The position numbers and the translations under genes are program-made. From an uncultured Thermoleophilia bacterium (GTDB lineage Bacteria; Actinomycetota; Thermoleophilia; UBA2241): 64,000 nt of DNA. Under the pieces are notes generated by a model, which saw nothing but the letters and a program-made list of their open reading frames with translations, had not been told where the DNA came from and ran no database searches. The DNA lies in assembly GCA_963715985.1 (NCBI GenBank), contig CAVQSP010000014.1, positions 746,019 through 810,018 on the forward strand, in the 5' to 3' direction. Of this stretch, positions 42,966-54,750 are shown piece by piece; positions within the stretch are counted from its first letter, which is position 1, and every line of letters begins with the position of its first letter.

Positions 42966-44042
42966 ACAGGCCGCAACCCTCCACGTTCTCACTTGGGCCG
43001 AACGGCACCATACGGGACGTCATCGAGTGTATCGACCGCAGCAGGTACGTGGGCCTGGCGCTCATCGTCGACCACGAGGGACGACTGGAGAACACGATCA
43101 GCGACGGGGACGTGCGCCGGGGCATCCTCGCGGGCATCAGCCTAGACGCGGCCGTGACTGAGCTCCTGCCAATCAAGGCGACCACGCCCCACCCTGCGGC
43201 GACCACCGCGCCGGCGACCGAGGAGCCGACCGGCCTGCTGCGCATAATGCAGGAGAATGCCGTACGCTCGGCGCCGCTGCTGGACACTGGCGGCCGTGTC
43301 GTGAGTCGTCGACCCTGCAGGAACTCCTTCCGCAGCCGGAGGCGCCCGTCCACGCGGTCATCATGGCGGGGGGCTTCGGCAAGCGATTGCGCCCGCTCAC
43401 TGAAGACTCCCTAAGCCCATGTTGCACGTCAACGGCCGCCCCTTGCTCGAGGGCATCGTGTCAGACTCCGGGAGTCGGGCATCCGCCAGATCAATGTGAC
43501 GACGCATTTCCGGCCGGAGAAGATCGTCGAGCACTTCGGAGACGGTGAGGCGTTCGGCGTCGACATCACCTACGTCAACGAGGATCGCCCTCTGGGCACC
43601 GGCGGTGCCTTGGGACTGATGCCAGTTCCGGAGGAGACGACGCTCGTCATCAACGGTGACGTGCTCACCCAGGTGGACTTCCGAACGATGCTCATGTACC
43701 ACCGCGCCCACCAAGCCGACATGACGGTGGCAGTGAGCCAGTACGGCATCGCCGTCCCCTACGGGGTCATCGAATGCGAGGGCCCGCAGGTCTGCCGCCT
43801 CACCGAGAAGCCACAGCTCAACTTCCTCGTGAACGCCGGCATCTACCTGCTCGAACCATCCGTTTACGACTTCGTGCCGGGCGGTGAGTGCACTGCAGAT
43901 GACCGACCTCATCGAACGTTTGCTGGAGGCTGGGCGCCGCGTCGTCAGCTTCCCGATCTTCGAGCAGTGGCTCGACATCGGACGGCACGATGACTACTCC
44001 CTTGCGCAGGACATGCAGTCCGCGCCTGACGAGACGACTTGA
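42962..44042 (+). CDS. CBS-domain sugar-phosphate nucleotidyltransferase (PtmE-like) (frameshifted)
   Basis: ISDGDVRRGIL (CBS); IMAGGFGKRLRPLT; PLGTGGAL; INGDVLT; WLDIG. Confidence 0.85.
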
Positions 44043-45090
44043 CGCAGAGCATCCGCATAGGAGATCGACGCATCAGTCCCGACGATCCCCCCTTCGTCAT
44101 CGCGGAGATCGGAATCAACCACGAGGGTGAGCATCGCCAAGGCTGTCCACATGGTCGACGATGCCTGCGATGCAGGCTGCGAATGTGTCAAGTTCCAGTC
44201 GCACGTGGTAGACGACGAGATGATCCCCAACGACGTCGTCCCCGGAAACGCTGCCGAGAGCATCTGGGACATCATGGTGAGGTGCACGCTCTCCGAGGAG
44301 GAGGAACGGAAGCTCAAGGACTACGTCGAGTCAAAGGCATGATCTACCTGTGCACCCCGTTCTCGCGGGCGGCGGCCGATGCGGTTGGCAGCATGGACGT
44401 GGCCGCCTACAAGATGGCTCCGGCGAATGCAACAACTACCCTTGGTCAAGCTAATCGCCGCGTTCGGCAAGCCGGTGATCCTGAGCACCGGGATGAACGA
44501 CATCCCCTCGATCGCGCCTGCCGTGCAGATCCTGCGGGCGCCGGCGTGCCGTTCGCACTCCCGCACTGCACGTCGATGTACCCCACTCCCTATGAGCAAG
44601 TGCGGCTCGGGGCCTTCGCGAGCTGGCCGAGGCTTATCCCGATGCGCTGCTGGGGCTCAGTGACCACTCGCTTGGGAACTACACGTGTCTTGTGCGGTTG
44701 CACTCGGCGCATGCATTCTCGAGAAGCACTTCACCTCAGACAAGAGCTGGCCGGGCTCCGACGTCCCGATTTCCATCGATCCGGCAGAGTCAGGGATCTG
44801 GTCGAGGGATAGCCGGGCCGTCCGGAGGCGCTCGGTGGGACCAAGGAGATCCTGCCCGAGGAACAGCCGACCATCGACTTCGCGTACGCCTGCGTAGTCT
44901 CGGTCTGCGAATCTCCGCTGGTGAGAAGCTCTCCTCCGAGAATCTCTGGGTCAAGCGGCCCGGGACAGGTGAGATAAAGGCCGTCCACTTCGAGGAGCTG
45001 CTGGGCAAGACCGCCCAGCGAGCTATCCCGGCGGGCAGCCAGCTCACCTGGGATGACGTCGGCGGGCAGGCCGGCGAGGGGCTCGCGTGA
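44039..45090 (+). CDS. neuB: Nonulosonic acid synthase with SAF domain (frameshifted)
   Basis: FVIAEIGINHEG; VKFQSH; KPVILSTGM; ILEKHFT; WVKRPGTG. Confidence 0.88.
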
Positions 45091-46260
45091 GCGCGAGGCG
45101 CACCGTAGCCGTCTTCACGGGCAACCGTGCCGAGTACGGCCTTCAGTTCCCAATTCTGCGCGCCATCGCCGCCGACCCGCGCCTCGAGTACTTGCTGGTC
45201 GCCGCCGGGTCGCATCTGGAGGAGGATTTCGGTGGCACGCTCGAGGAGATCGAGGCCGACGGCTTCCAGGTGCACGCGCGCATCCAGATGAGGATGGGCC
45301 ACGACACGCTTGTGGCGACGGCCCGGGCGATCGGCAGCGGCATCCTCAGTCTTGGCCCCGCCCTGGAGCGCCTCAGGCCAGACTGGCTTCTGGTGTACGG
45401 CGACCGCTACGAGAGCCTGGCCGCAATGATCGCGGGGACGCAGATGGGCATCCCCACGGCACACGTCGAAGGCGGCGACTACACCGAAGGTGGGGCACTG
45501 GACGATTCGGTGCGCCACGCGATGACCAAGCTCGCCCACGTTCACTTCCCCACAAACGACGCAGCGGCGGAGCGGATCCTCCGGCTCGGCGAGGAGCCCT
45601 GGCGTGTGCACACCGTCGGCTTGCCCTCACTCGACCTCGTCGTGGCAGGTCAGTACGCAGAGCCGGATGAGGTGGCCATGGAGCTGGGGCTGGATGCCGA
45701 GCGGCCTGTCGTCCTCTTCTGCCAGCACTCCGTCGCCACCGAGGCAGAGAAGGCGGCGGCACAAGTCAGCCCGTCGCTCGAGGCGCTGGAAGCGCTGGCG
45801 CTGCAAGGCGTGCAAGTCATCCTCACGTACCCCAACAGTGACGCCGGCGGACGGCGCATGATCGAGCAGATCGAACAGCGCAGCGAGTGTGACGGCATAC
45901 GCATCGTGAAGAGCCTCGGGCGGCGGCGTTTTCTCGGCGTTCTCGATCTCATTGGACGTCACGGCCGTGGCGCCTTTGTCGGGAACTCCTCCGCGGGCAT
46001 CAAAGAGACGCCTATCTTCGGCTGCCCGGTCGTGAACGTCGGCCCCAGGCAACGCGGGAGACTCCGTGGAGAGAACGTCCTCGACGTGCCCTACGACGCG
46101 GTCGCCATCGTGGCCGCGACGATGCGCTGCATCGAGGATGACGGGTTCCGCGCCCGCTGTCGGATGGGCGCAACCCGTACGGCGCCGGCGACGCCGACCG
46201 AGAATCGCAGAGGTTCTTGCGACCACTGATCTCGGCACGCGCCTTCTACGAAGCGGATGA
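45087..46260 (+). CDS. neuC: Hydrolysing NDP-hexosamine 2-epimerase
   Basis: FTGNRAEYG; YGDRYE; HVEGG; DDSVRHAMTKLAHVHF; VGNSSAGIKE; GPRQRGR. Confidence 0.9.
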
Positions 46261-46273
46261 CGTACTGACCGCC

Positions 46274-47295
46274 ATGAGAGCCAAGAAGCAGGCCAAGATC
46301 TTCGCACGACAGCGCGTCGCCCTCGAAAGCGTGATCCCGTTGGCGACCCCGTTCTCGGTCGAAATCGACGTCTGCAGCGCGTGCAACTTCAGCTGTGCGT
46401 TCTGCTTTCAGGCTGACAAGGCGGAGATACGCAGGTCAGGGGTGCCTCTCGGTCGCATGGACATCAGCCTGTTCCGGAAGATCATCGACGACCTTCGCCG
46501 CTTCCCCGACCCCGTGAAGAAGGTGAGGCTGTTCGAGTTCGGCGAGCCGTTGCTGCACCCTCAGCTGCCGAAGATGGTCAAGATCGTGAGAGAGGCCGGG
46601 ATCACCGATCACGTCGAAATCACGACCAACGGCGCTCTGCTCTCCGAGGCCCTCAACCTGCAGCTCCTAGAGGCCGGCCTTTCCCAAGTCAACATCTCGG
46701 TCAGCGGAGTCACCGAGGAGAAGTACTGGGAGGTCTCCCGACACCGCATTCAATGAGGGACTTCGTGGCCACCATCGGGCACTTGTACGCGCACAGGAAG
46801 GGCTGCCACATCTACATTAAGCTGGCCGACGACGGCAGCCTCTCCGAGAACGACGAGGAGCGGTTCTACGGGCTCTTCGGCGACATATGCGACGATATCT
46901 TCGTCGAGCGACTCTCACCGATCTGGCGAGACACGGAGATCAACGAAGGCATGGAATGCGCGCGAGGGCCCTATGGTCAGGAGCTCTCGTACAAGCGAGT
47001 CTGCCCGCTCATCTTCACCCGGATGGTGGTGAACTTCGACGGCGTCGGCGTCGCCTGCTGCGTGGATTGGAAGCGGCAGTACGTGATCGGCGACCTCACG
47101 CAGGAGTCCGCCACCGACGTGTGGAGCGGGGCCGCCCTGCGCGAACTCCAGCTCCGACATCTACGTGGTGAGCGCGAGGACCTGGCACTCTGCAGAGGCT
47201 GCACCGCACTCATGAGCTGCACGATCGACGATATCGACGACCACGCCAGCGAGCTTCTGCGCAAACTGAGCTGCGCGGACGGAGGCGACACATGA
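46274..47295 (+). CDS. Radical SAM protein with SPASM/twitch domain (one frameshift near 46753)
   Basis: CNFSCAFC; FGEPLLH; ITTNG; CPLIF...DG...ACC...IGD...CRGC. Confidence 0.88.
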
Positions 47296-48290
47296 TCCGC
47301 GACCGAACGAACCGCACCGACCTCACAAAGGCGATCCCCTTGCGGACACCGCTCGTTGTGCACGTGGACACGTGCAACGTATGCAACTTCCGCTGCAAGT
47401 TCTGCACCACCGGAGACCACGAACTCCTCGCCCGGCACGGGCGACCCAAGGGCTTCATGTCGTTCGAGCTCTTCCGCAAGATCATCGATGACCTCTCTGC
47501 GTTCGACGACAAGGTCAAGGAACTGATCTTCCACAAGAACGGGGAGCCGTTGCTCCATGAGCGCATCGTCGACATGCTCCGATACGCGAAGGAGAAGGAT
47601 GTCGCGAAGCGGCTGACCCTGGTCACAAACGGCTCTTTGCTGACTCCCGAGCTCGCCCGGGACATCATGGCGGTGGGGCCGCACTACATGCAGATCTCAC
47701 TCGAGGCGGTTTCCGACGAGGGCTACCAGGAGATCTCCAGAGTCCACGTCGACTACGACAAGCTCGTCGGCAACGTCGCCTACCTCTGGGCTCACAAGCA
47801 TTCCGATACCACGTTGAACGTCAAGATCATGGACTGCGGCCTCTCACGTGAGGAGAAGCAGAAGTTCGACGACGACTTCGAGGGCATCTGCACGTCGCAC
47901 GGCATCGAACACCCAATCAGCTACACGCAGCCCGAGATCAAGGACACCTCCCTCGGAATCATGAAGGGCACGACGCACGACATGTTCGAGTCCACCTACA
48001 AAGAGGTCTGCACGCTGCCCTTCTACACGATGAACATCAACTTCAACGGCAAGGTGTCGGCGTGCAGCTTCGACTGGCGCCACGGGCTCATCATGGGCAG
48101 CGCCAACGACGAGGGCCTGCGCAGCATCTGGAACGGACGCCTCTACTACGACTTCCGCGTGTCGCACCTCGAGAAGAGGCGGGACGAGCTGCCTCTGTGC
48201 GCGGGCTGTGAGGCGGTCTTCAACCTGATCGACAGCATCGATGACGCCGCCGACGACCTTCTGCTGCGACTTCGCGCGGGCTCAGGGTGA
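47292..48290 (+). CDS. Second radical SAM protein with SPASM/twitch domain
   Basis: CNFRCKFC; NGEPLLH; CTLPF...NGKVSAC...CAGC; paralog of the upstream gene. Confidence 0.92.
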   Translation: MIRDRTNRTDLTKAIPLRTPLVVHVDTCNVCNFRCKFCTTGDHELLARHGRPKGFMSFELFRKIIDDLSAFDDKVKELIFHKNGEPLLHERIVDMLRYAKEKDVAKRLTLVTNGSLLTPELARDIMAVGPHYMQISLEAVSDEGYQEISRVHVDYDKLVGNVAYLWAHKHSDTTLNVKIMDCGLSREEKQKFDDDFEGICTSHGIEHPISYTQPEIKDTSLGIMKGTTHDMFESTYKEVCTLPFYTMNINFNGKVSACSFDWRHGLIMGSANDEGLRSIWNGRLYYDFRVSHLEKRRDELPLCAGCEAVFNLIDSIDDAADDLLLRLRAGSG

Positions 48291-49417
48291 CCGACCTCGA
48301 CGACGTGCTCGCGCTCTGCCCCGTGTCCGATTCGGAACAGCTGCGCGTCCTTGGAGACACGGTCGGCCTCCGAACGCTTCGCGACCTCTCCGGCGCGGTG
48401 GTGTTCGGCACAGGCGCCCTCGGCGTCGCCACGGCGGGTTCGCTTCGAGACCTGGGCCTGCAGCCCTCGGCATTCTCCGACAACGATGCCTTGCAGTGGG
48501 GTCGAAAGCTGAACGGCCTGTATGTGATCCCTCCGGCCGATCTTCGCGCCGACATCCCCATCGTCATCGCTTCGAAATACGTGAAGGACATCGAGGCCGG
48601 CCTTACGGCCGCCGGCCACACCGGCCTGGTCCCGCACTACGTGCTGTCTCTCCTGTTTCCAGACGCATTCCGAAATGCGTTTCACGTGCTGTCGGCGGAG
48701 ACGATCGCGGCGGCCAGCGAAGACATCGCCAAGGTGAGCACGAACCTCGCGGATCTGGGCTCTCGCGAGCTCTTCGCGCAACTGCTGAGGTTCAGGATCA
48801 CACTGGCGCCCGCCGACCTGCCGAATCCAACGCCCGATCAGTACTTCCCTCCGGACATCTGGCACCTGAGCGCGGCTGAGACCTATGTGGACGCCGGCGC
48901 CTGCGGCGGCGACACGCTCGCCGAATTCCTGAGGCGTTCAAACGGAGTGTTCGCCAAGTACTACGCGTTCGAGCCGGACTCTCTTAATCTGGAGAAGCTG
49001 CGGCGGTACGCAAGCGAGCTGTCGGACCCGCGCATCGTCGTCCTTCCCTACGGGGTCGGCGACCGCCACGAACTCGTGACCTTCCTTGGTGGCAAGGGAG
49101 GCGAATCACGCATCGTGCTAGACGGCCCCATGGCCGTCGAGCTCGTCACGCTGGACAGTGCGCTGGGCGGCGAGCCTGTGACGGCGGTCAAGATCGACGT
49201 GGAAGGCTACGAGAGAGAGGTCATCCGCGGCGCGCGCACGGTGCTTGCCGAGCGCTCCCCGAAGCTCGCGGTGAGCGTCTACCATCACCTTGAGGACCTC
49301 TGGGAGATCCCGGCCCTCGTGAGGGCGTGCCACGCCGGCTACGCTCACTACATCCGGCATCACACCCATGAGATCTACGACACTGTTCTCTACTGTGTCC
49401 CCCCCGTAGTCTCATGA
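48287..49417 (+). CDS. FkbM-family methyltransferase
   Basis: YVDAGACGGD; AFEPD; VKIDVEGYE; LAVSVYH. Confidence 0.9.
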   Translation: MTDLDDVLALCPVSDSEQLRVLGDTVGLRTLRDLSGAVVFGTGALGVATAGSLRDLGLQPSAFSDNDALQWGRKLNGLYVIPPADLRADIPIVIASKYVKDIEAGLTAAGHTGLVPHYVLSLLFPDAFRNAFHVLSAETIAAASEDIAKVSTNLADLGSRELFAQLLRFRITLAPADLPNPTPDQYFPPDIWHLSAAETYVDAGACGGDTLAEFLRRSNGVFAKYYAFEPDSLNLEKLRRYASELSDPRIVVLPYGVGDRHELVTFLGGKGGESRIVLDGPMAVELVTLDSALGGEPVTAVKIDVEGYEREVIRGARTVLAERSPKLAVSVYHHLEDLWEIPALVRACHAGYAHYIRHHTHEIYDTVLYCVPPVVS

Positions 49418-50610
49418 CCCCCACCGCGATGGCGCGAGCCTGCGAAGTCTGTGGGTCTGCGGACAGGGACGTTCTGTTTCACCAGCGGTTCGGCGGCGAC
49501 CTAGATGGCGCACTTGTCCCAGGCTACGACGTCGCGATATGCAACGCCTGCGGCTTCGGCTACGCCGACGGGCTCCCGAGCCAGGCCGCCTTCGACGTGT
49601 ACTACGAAAGGATGTCGAAGTACGAGTACGGGCAGCGAGGCGGCCGCGAGTCGGCCTTCGAAGAGCAGCGCTTTCCGGCGGCGGCCGCGTTCATCCGCGA
49701 ATACGTCCGGGACACGAGCGCCCGCGTCCTGGACGTGGGGTGCTCCAACGGGGGCCTCCTCAACGCGCTGCGGACAGAGGGCTTCTCCCGGCTAATGGGG
49801 TTGGATCCCTCGCCAACCTGCGCCCGCGTCGCTGAGGAGCTCTACGGACTGCGCGTGCTCACGGGCACTCTGTCGTCCCCGCCTACCGTACTGGGGCGCC
49901 ACGACGTCGTCCTCCTGAGCGCGGTGCTCGAGCACATTCGCGACCTCCGAGTCGCCCTGCGGCAGGTCGGCGGCATCCTCGAGTCGGATGGCACGCTCTA
50001 CGTGGAGGTACCCGATGTGACCAGGTTCGGCGGGCACCCCGATGCGCCGTTCCAGGAGTTCAGTGTCGAGCACATCAACTACTTCTCACCCCGCTCCTTG
50101 TGCAACCTGTTCGAGGCCAACGGCTTCGTTCGGATCGCGGCACGGACCGTCACGACCAGTCAGGGTGAGGACACGGCTGCCGATGTGATCATGGCTGCGT
50201 TCCGAGCCAGCGACGGCGCATGCTTCCCTCCGACGCCAGACGAGGTGACAAGACCAGCCCTAGTTCGCTACATCGCCAGCTGTCGGCAGATTGAAAGGGA
50301 CATCCTTGCGGCGATCATGTCGGTGGTAGAGTCCGGCACCGAGATCATCGTGTGGGGCGTCGGCACCCACACACAGCGGCTTCTGGCGGAGACTCCGCTG
50401 GGTCGCGCTCGCATCGTCGCGTTTGTCGACTCCAACCCCCGCTATCGGGGCAAGACGCTCAACGGACTCCCCGTCCTGGCGCCCACTGGGCTTCGCGGCC
50501 GCGGCGAGCCGATCCTCGTTTCCAGCCGCTCCTACCAACGTGAGATAGAGCGCCAAGTCCGCACGGACCTCCGTCTGCCGAACGAGTTGATCCTGCTCTA
50601 CAGGCTCTGA
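49414..50610 (+). CDS. Class I SAM methyltransferase with Zn-ribbon and C-methyltransferase-like C-terminal domain
   Basis: CEVCG...CNACG; VLDVGCSNG; VLEHI; EHINYFS; VWGVG...FVDSNP. Confidence 0.85.
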   Translation: MTPTAMARACEVCGSADRDVLFHQRFGGDLDGALVPGYDVAICNACGFGYADGLPSQAAFDVYYERMSKYEYGQRGGRESAFEEQRFPAAAAFIREYVRDTSARVLDVGCSNGGLLNALRTEGFSRLMGLDPSPTCARVAEELYGLRVLTGTLSSPPTVLGRHDVVLLSAVLEHIRDLRVALRQVGGILESDGTLYVEVPDVTRFGGHPDAPFQEFSVEHINYFSPRSLCNLFEANGFVRIAARTVTTSQGEDTAADVIMAAFRASDGACFPPTPDEVTRPALVRYIASCRQIERDILAAIMSVVESGTEIIVWGVGTHTQRLLAETPLGRARIVAFVDSNPRYRGKTLNGLPVLAPTGLRGRGEPILVSSRSYQREIERQVRTDLRLPNELILLYRL

Positions 50611-50629
50611 GAAGGACACCGACGCCGGC

Positions 50630-51622
50630 CTAGTGCCCGGCGGACGATCCCAGAGAAGACAGCACAGAATCCGGGCGCTCTGGACGGTCCTCGAGGTTGA
50701 TCCGCTCCCTCTCGACCACGAGCGGCCGCCGATGCACCTGAGTGTGGATCGACCCGATGTACTCGCCCAAGATCCCGATGAAGAACAGCTGCACGGCGCC
50801 GAAGAAGTAGATCCCGATAAGGGCCGGCGCCAATCCCAGCTGGATATCGCTCCAGAAGAGCAGCTTGGCGATGAGATATACGAATGCGACCAAGAGGCTG
50901 AGAACGGAGAGGGCGAACCCCGACATCGTAGCGATGCGCAGAGGCACTTTTGAGTGGTTGGTGATGCCCAGCATCGCAGCATCGTAGAGGCTGTATAGGT
51001 TGTTCTTGGTCCGCCCCTTTGTGCGCGCCGGCTGTACGTAGTCGATCTCCGCGCGTCGATACCCCAAGTCGCACACTAGACCGCGCATGTAAGGGTACTG
51101 CTCGTTCGTGATGCGGAACTGCTCAATCACCTCGCGGTCGTACAGGCCGAAGCCGGTGAAGTTGCTGACGAGCTCCACATCCGACGACAAACGCCCGATC
51201 AGCCAGTAGTAGAACGTCCGCACGCGGAACATGATGCGGGACTCCTCGCTGCCCTGCTTGATCCCTACGACGACCTTGTAGCCGTCACGCCACTTCTCAA
51301 TGAAGCGCGGTATGACGTGAGGAGGGTCCTGAAGATCAGCAACGCAGCTGATGATCGCCTCACCCCCGGCCTGCAGGAACCCGTGGTAGGGCGAGCGGAT
51401 GGGACCGAAGTTGCGCGTGTTGACGATCACCTTCACGCGCCGGTCCGCGGTCGCCATTTCGCGCAAGATCTCGACGGTGCGGTCCTCGGACGCGTTGTCG
51501 ATGAACAGGTGCTCGTAATCGCAGTCTGGGACGGTCGCCATCACACGCTTCACCTGCTCGTAGACCTCGCGCACGTTCTCCTCTTCGTTGAAGCACGGCG
51601 TGAGCACGGTCACCACGGACAC
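50630..51622 (-). CDS. GT2 polyprenol-phosphate glycosyltransferase (GtrB-like)
   Basis: TPCFNEEEN; IDNASED; NTRNFG; ADLQDPP; two C-terminal TMs, GEYIG. Confidence 0.9.
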   Translation of the reverse strand: MSVVTVLTPCFNEEENVREVYEQVKRVMATVPDCDYEHLFIDNASEDRTVEILREMATADRRVKVIVNTRNFGPIRSPYHGFLQAGGEAIISCVADLQDPPHVIPRFIEKWRDGYKVVVGIKQGSEESRIMFRVRTFYYWLIGRLSSDVELVSNFTGFGLYDREVIEQFRITNEQYPYMRGLVCDLGYRRAEIDYVQPARTKGRTKNNLYSLYDAAMLGITNHSKVPLRIATMSGFALSVLSLLVAFVYLIAKLLFWSDIQLGLAPALIGIYFFGAVQLFFIGILGEYIGSIHTQVHRRPLVVERERINLEDRPERPDSVLSSLGSSAGH

Positions 51623-51661
51623 TGCGACGTCCTTTCGCTGCCTATCGGGGTCCGGACCTCG

Positions 51662-52205
51662 TCATTTCTCTGTCGGGGCGTCCGGACCTCCAGCCCGGAC
51701 GTGCGACGACCGGAAGCTGAAGAACTTGTGCGCGAGGTAGCTGACCACGACCATCGCCGCGGTGAACAGCGCCTGGGTCACGTAGATGTTGAACGGCAGC
51801 ACGTGAAGGAGGATGGGAAGACCGATCAGTCCGACGACGAGTGTGCCCACATAGACGAGCGAGAACCGCGGGAGCTCCCGCCAGACGCTGCCCTTGCTGC
51901 GAAAGACGACGACGCGGTAGCCGAGGTACGCGTTCAGCACGGCCGGGAACCACGCCAGCACCAGGATGAGAAGGTAGTAGATGTACTCGTCGAAGCAGGT
52001 ACTGGAACAGGGCCCAGACGAGGTAGCCGAACAGTGTGTTCCAGCCGCCGACGACGAGATACAGGAGCTGCTCTCTACGGCGCCGCGCGAGACGGACTAC
52101 CGGCCCGACGGTCGGCCAGTAGCTGAGGTGCTCGAGGACGACCTCGAGACGACCCTCCGGCTGCGCCTCCTGCTCCGGCTCGTCTGCCGCCGCCACGTCC
52201 ATCAC
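51662..52205 (-). CDS. GtrA-family flippase (frameshifted)
   Basis: YLVVGGWNTLFGY; YRVVVFRSKG; SYLAHKFFSF; four TMs. Confidence 0.85.
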
Positions 52206-52226
52206 CGCGACCTCGCACAGGCCGCG

Positions 52227-53581
52227 TCACTTGCTCGCCGATGTACTCGAGCATCTGCGTCGCGTGAGCCCCGGATACACGCCGACCCAGAAGGCGTCGT
52301 TCATGATGCGGTCGGTGGCCGTGAGATCGCCGGCCACGCGGTAGCCGGCGTGACGGCCGACCGTCGGCCGCGCACTCGGCGCCGCGCGCGCATGGCATCG
52401 AAGCACGGCTGCCGCACCATGTTGCCGGCGAAGAGCATGCGCGTCTGGATCCTGGCCGCCTCGAGGCGCGCGACGACGGCGTCGCGCGTGAGGCCGGCGT
52501 CGCGCGCCTCCTCGGTCAGCGTCAGAAGGAGGCCGAACCAGCTCGGCTCGCTGCCCGGCGTGGCCTCCTGGGCATGGAGCAGGTGCGCGACCGGCGCGAG
52601 CAGGCGCGACAATGTCGCGTGGTGCTCGCGCCGCAGCCGCGTGAACTCGGGCAGGCGGGCGAGCTGGGCGCAGCCGACGGCGGCCTGCATCTCCGTCACC
52701 TTGAGGTTGTAGCCGAACTCGGAGAACACGTACTTGTGGTCGTAGCCGAACGGCAGCGTGCCGAACTGGTGGCTGAAGCGGTGGCCGCAGCGATCGTCCT
52801 GGCCGCTGCGGCAGATGCAGTCGCGGCCCCAGTCGCGCAGCGAGGCGAGGATCTCGGCGAGCTGGGCGTCGTCGGTGTAGACGGCGCCGCCTTCGCCGAG
52901 CGTCATGTGGTGCGGCGGGTAGAAGCTCGAGGTGGCCACGTGGCCGAACGTGCCGGTCAGGCGGCCGCGGTAGAGCGAGCCAAGGGCGTCGCAGTTGTCC
53001 TCGATCAGCCAGAGGCCGTGCCGCTCGCAGAACGCCCGCACAGCGTCGACGTCGAACGGATTCCCGAGCGTGTGCGCGAGGAACACGGCCTTGCTGCGCG
53101 GGCCGAGCGCTTCGTCGAGCATGCTCACGTCGACGTTGCCGGTGTCCGCGCGCACATCCACGAACACCGGCACGGCGCCGTACTGCACGATTGGCGCCAC
53201 GGTGGTGGGGAAACCGGCGGCGACTGTGATGACATCGTCGCCGCGCTGGATGCGCCTCTCCCCCAGCTTCTCAGACGTCAGCGCCATGAACGCGAGCAGG
53301 TTGGCCGACGAGCCGGAGTTCACCAACAGGCAGTGGCGTACGCCAAGGTACGCGGCCAGCTCTTCCTCGAAGCGCTCCGAGTAGCGACCGTAGGTCAGCC
53401 AGAAATCCAGAGCCGCATCTACCAGAAGGTCGAGCTCCTCGGAGCCGAAGACGCGGCCCCCGTAGGGGACCCGCGTCTCACCGGGGACGAAGGTCGCCGG
53501 TTCCCCCCATGTGGCCTGGTGATACTCCGCCACGAGGGCGCGGATCTGTGCGCGTAGCGCATCGCTCCGCGACGTGCTCAT
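52227..53581 (-). CDS. rfbH: CDP-4-keto-6-deoxyglucose 3-dehydrase (E1, DdhC)
   Basis: VNSGSSANL; HTLGNPF; EDNCD; SFYPPHH (His at the usual PLP-Lys position); RDWGRDCIC...C; YDHKY. Confidence 0.92.
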
Positions 53582-54750
53582 CGTACCTGCCCCGTGCCCG
53601 CCCACGAAGCTCCAGCCTCTGCTGCGGCCGCACGGTAGCGGACGATGTCGTCGCGGCAGAGCGCCGAGAGCTGCGCCGGACCTTCGCCGGCCGCGTAGTC
53701 GGTGTACCAGCGCACGGCCGCAGTGACGGCCTGCTGGACGTTCCACGCCGGCCTCCAGCCGAGCTCCCGTTCGGCCTTGCCGGGGTCGAGCACGAGCAGG
53801 CCGGACTCGTGGGGCCGCTCCGCGACCCCCGGCGCCGGCCGCCACTCCCCCGATCCCCATTCACGCACCACGGCCTCCACGACCTCCTGCACCGTCACGA
53901 TCGCATCTGCGGAGGGGCCGAAGTTCCAGGCGCCGACGGCCGCTTCGGCGTCCGCCTCGAGCGTCACCGCCCCGGTCCACAGAGCGGAGGCGAGGCACAG
54001 GTATCCGGAGAGCGACTCGAGCACGTGCTGCCACGGGCGCACCGCGTCCGGGCTGCGCACCTCGATGGGCGCTCCCGCAGTCAGTGACCGCACGCAGTCG
54101 GGCAGGATGCGATCCTCGCCCCAGTCGCCGCCGCCGAGCACGTTGCCGGCGCGCGCCGTGACGACTGCCGGCGCGCCTGGCGCCGCGAAGTAGCTGCGGC
54201 GGTACGCCGCCGTGACGAGCTCGGCGCATGCCTTGCTCGAGCTGTACGGGTCGAAGCCGCCGAGCGGGTCGCCTTCGACGTAGGCGCGACGCGTCTCCAA
54301 GTTCTCGTAGCACTTGTCGCTGGTCACGTTGACGACGACTCGGGGGGCGCGACCTGCGGCGGCGATCCCGCGGACCTCCTCGAGCAGGTTCACCGTGCCC
54401 ATCGCGTTGGTCTCGTAGGTGAGGCGCGGCTCGGCGTAGGAGCGCCGCACCATGGGCTGGGCCGCAAGGTGAAAGACGATCTCCGGGGCGGCCTCATCGA
54501 GCGCAGCGGCGAGGGCATCGCGGTCGCGTACGTCGCCGCGCCTGTCCGTGAGCCGCCCACCACCGTACTCGGCTAGGCTCAGCGCCTCGTACAGACTCGG
54601 GATCGTGGGCGGGTCCAACGCGAACCCGGACACCTGCGCGCCCAGCTCGAGTAGCCAGAGCGTGAGCCAGGAGCCCTTGAAGCCGGTGTGGCCGGTGACG
54701 AAGACCCGCCGGCCAGTGAACGCGCCTTCGAACATCACCACGTCTTCCAC
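53578..54750 (-). CDS. rfbG: CDP-glucose 4,6-dehydratase
   Basis: [12 protein letters not shown]; HLAAQP; TSDKCY; DPYSSSK; [11 protein letters not shown]; RPWQHVLE. Confidence 0.95.
   Translation of the reverse strand: MEDVVMFEGAFTGRRVFVTGHTGFKGSWLTLWLLELGAQVSGFALDPPTIPSLYEALSLAEYGGGRLTDRRGDVRDRDALAAALDEAAPEIVFHLAAQPMVRRSYAEPRLTYETNAMGTVNLLEEVRGIAAAGRAPRVVVNVTSDKCYENLETRRAYVEGDPLGGFDPYSSSKACAELVTAAYRRSYFAAPGAPAVVTARAGNVLGGGDWGEDRILPDCVRSLTAGAPIEVRSPDAVRPWQHVLESLSGYLCLASALWTGAVTLEADAEAAVGAWNFGPSADAIVTVQEVVEAVVREWGSGEWRPAPGVAERPHESGLLVLDPGKAERELGWRPAWNVQQAVTAAVRWYTDYAAGEGPAQLSALCRDDIVRYRAAAAEAGASWAGTGQVR

Noticed and set aside
46753-47295. Stand-alone SPASM gene or naturally split radical SAM
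   Set aside because: The two parts align contiguously with the intact downstream paralog, so one indel explains the ATGA overlap.
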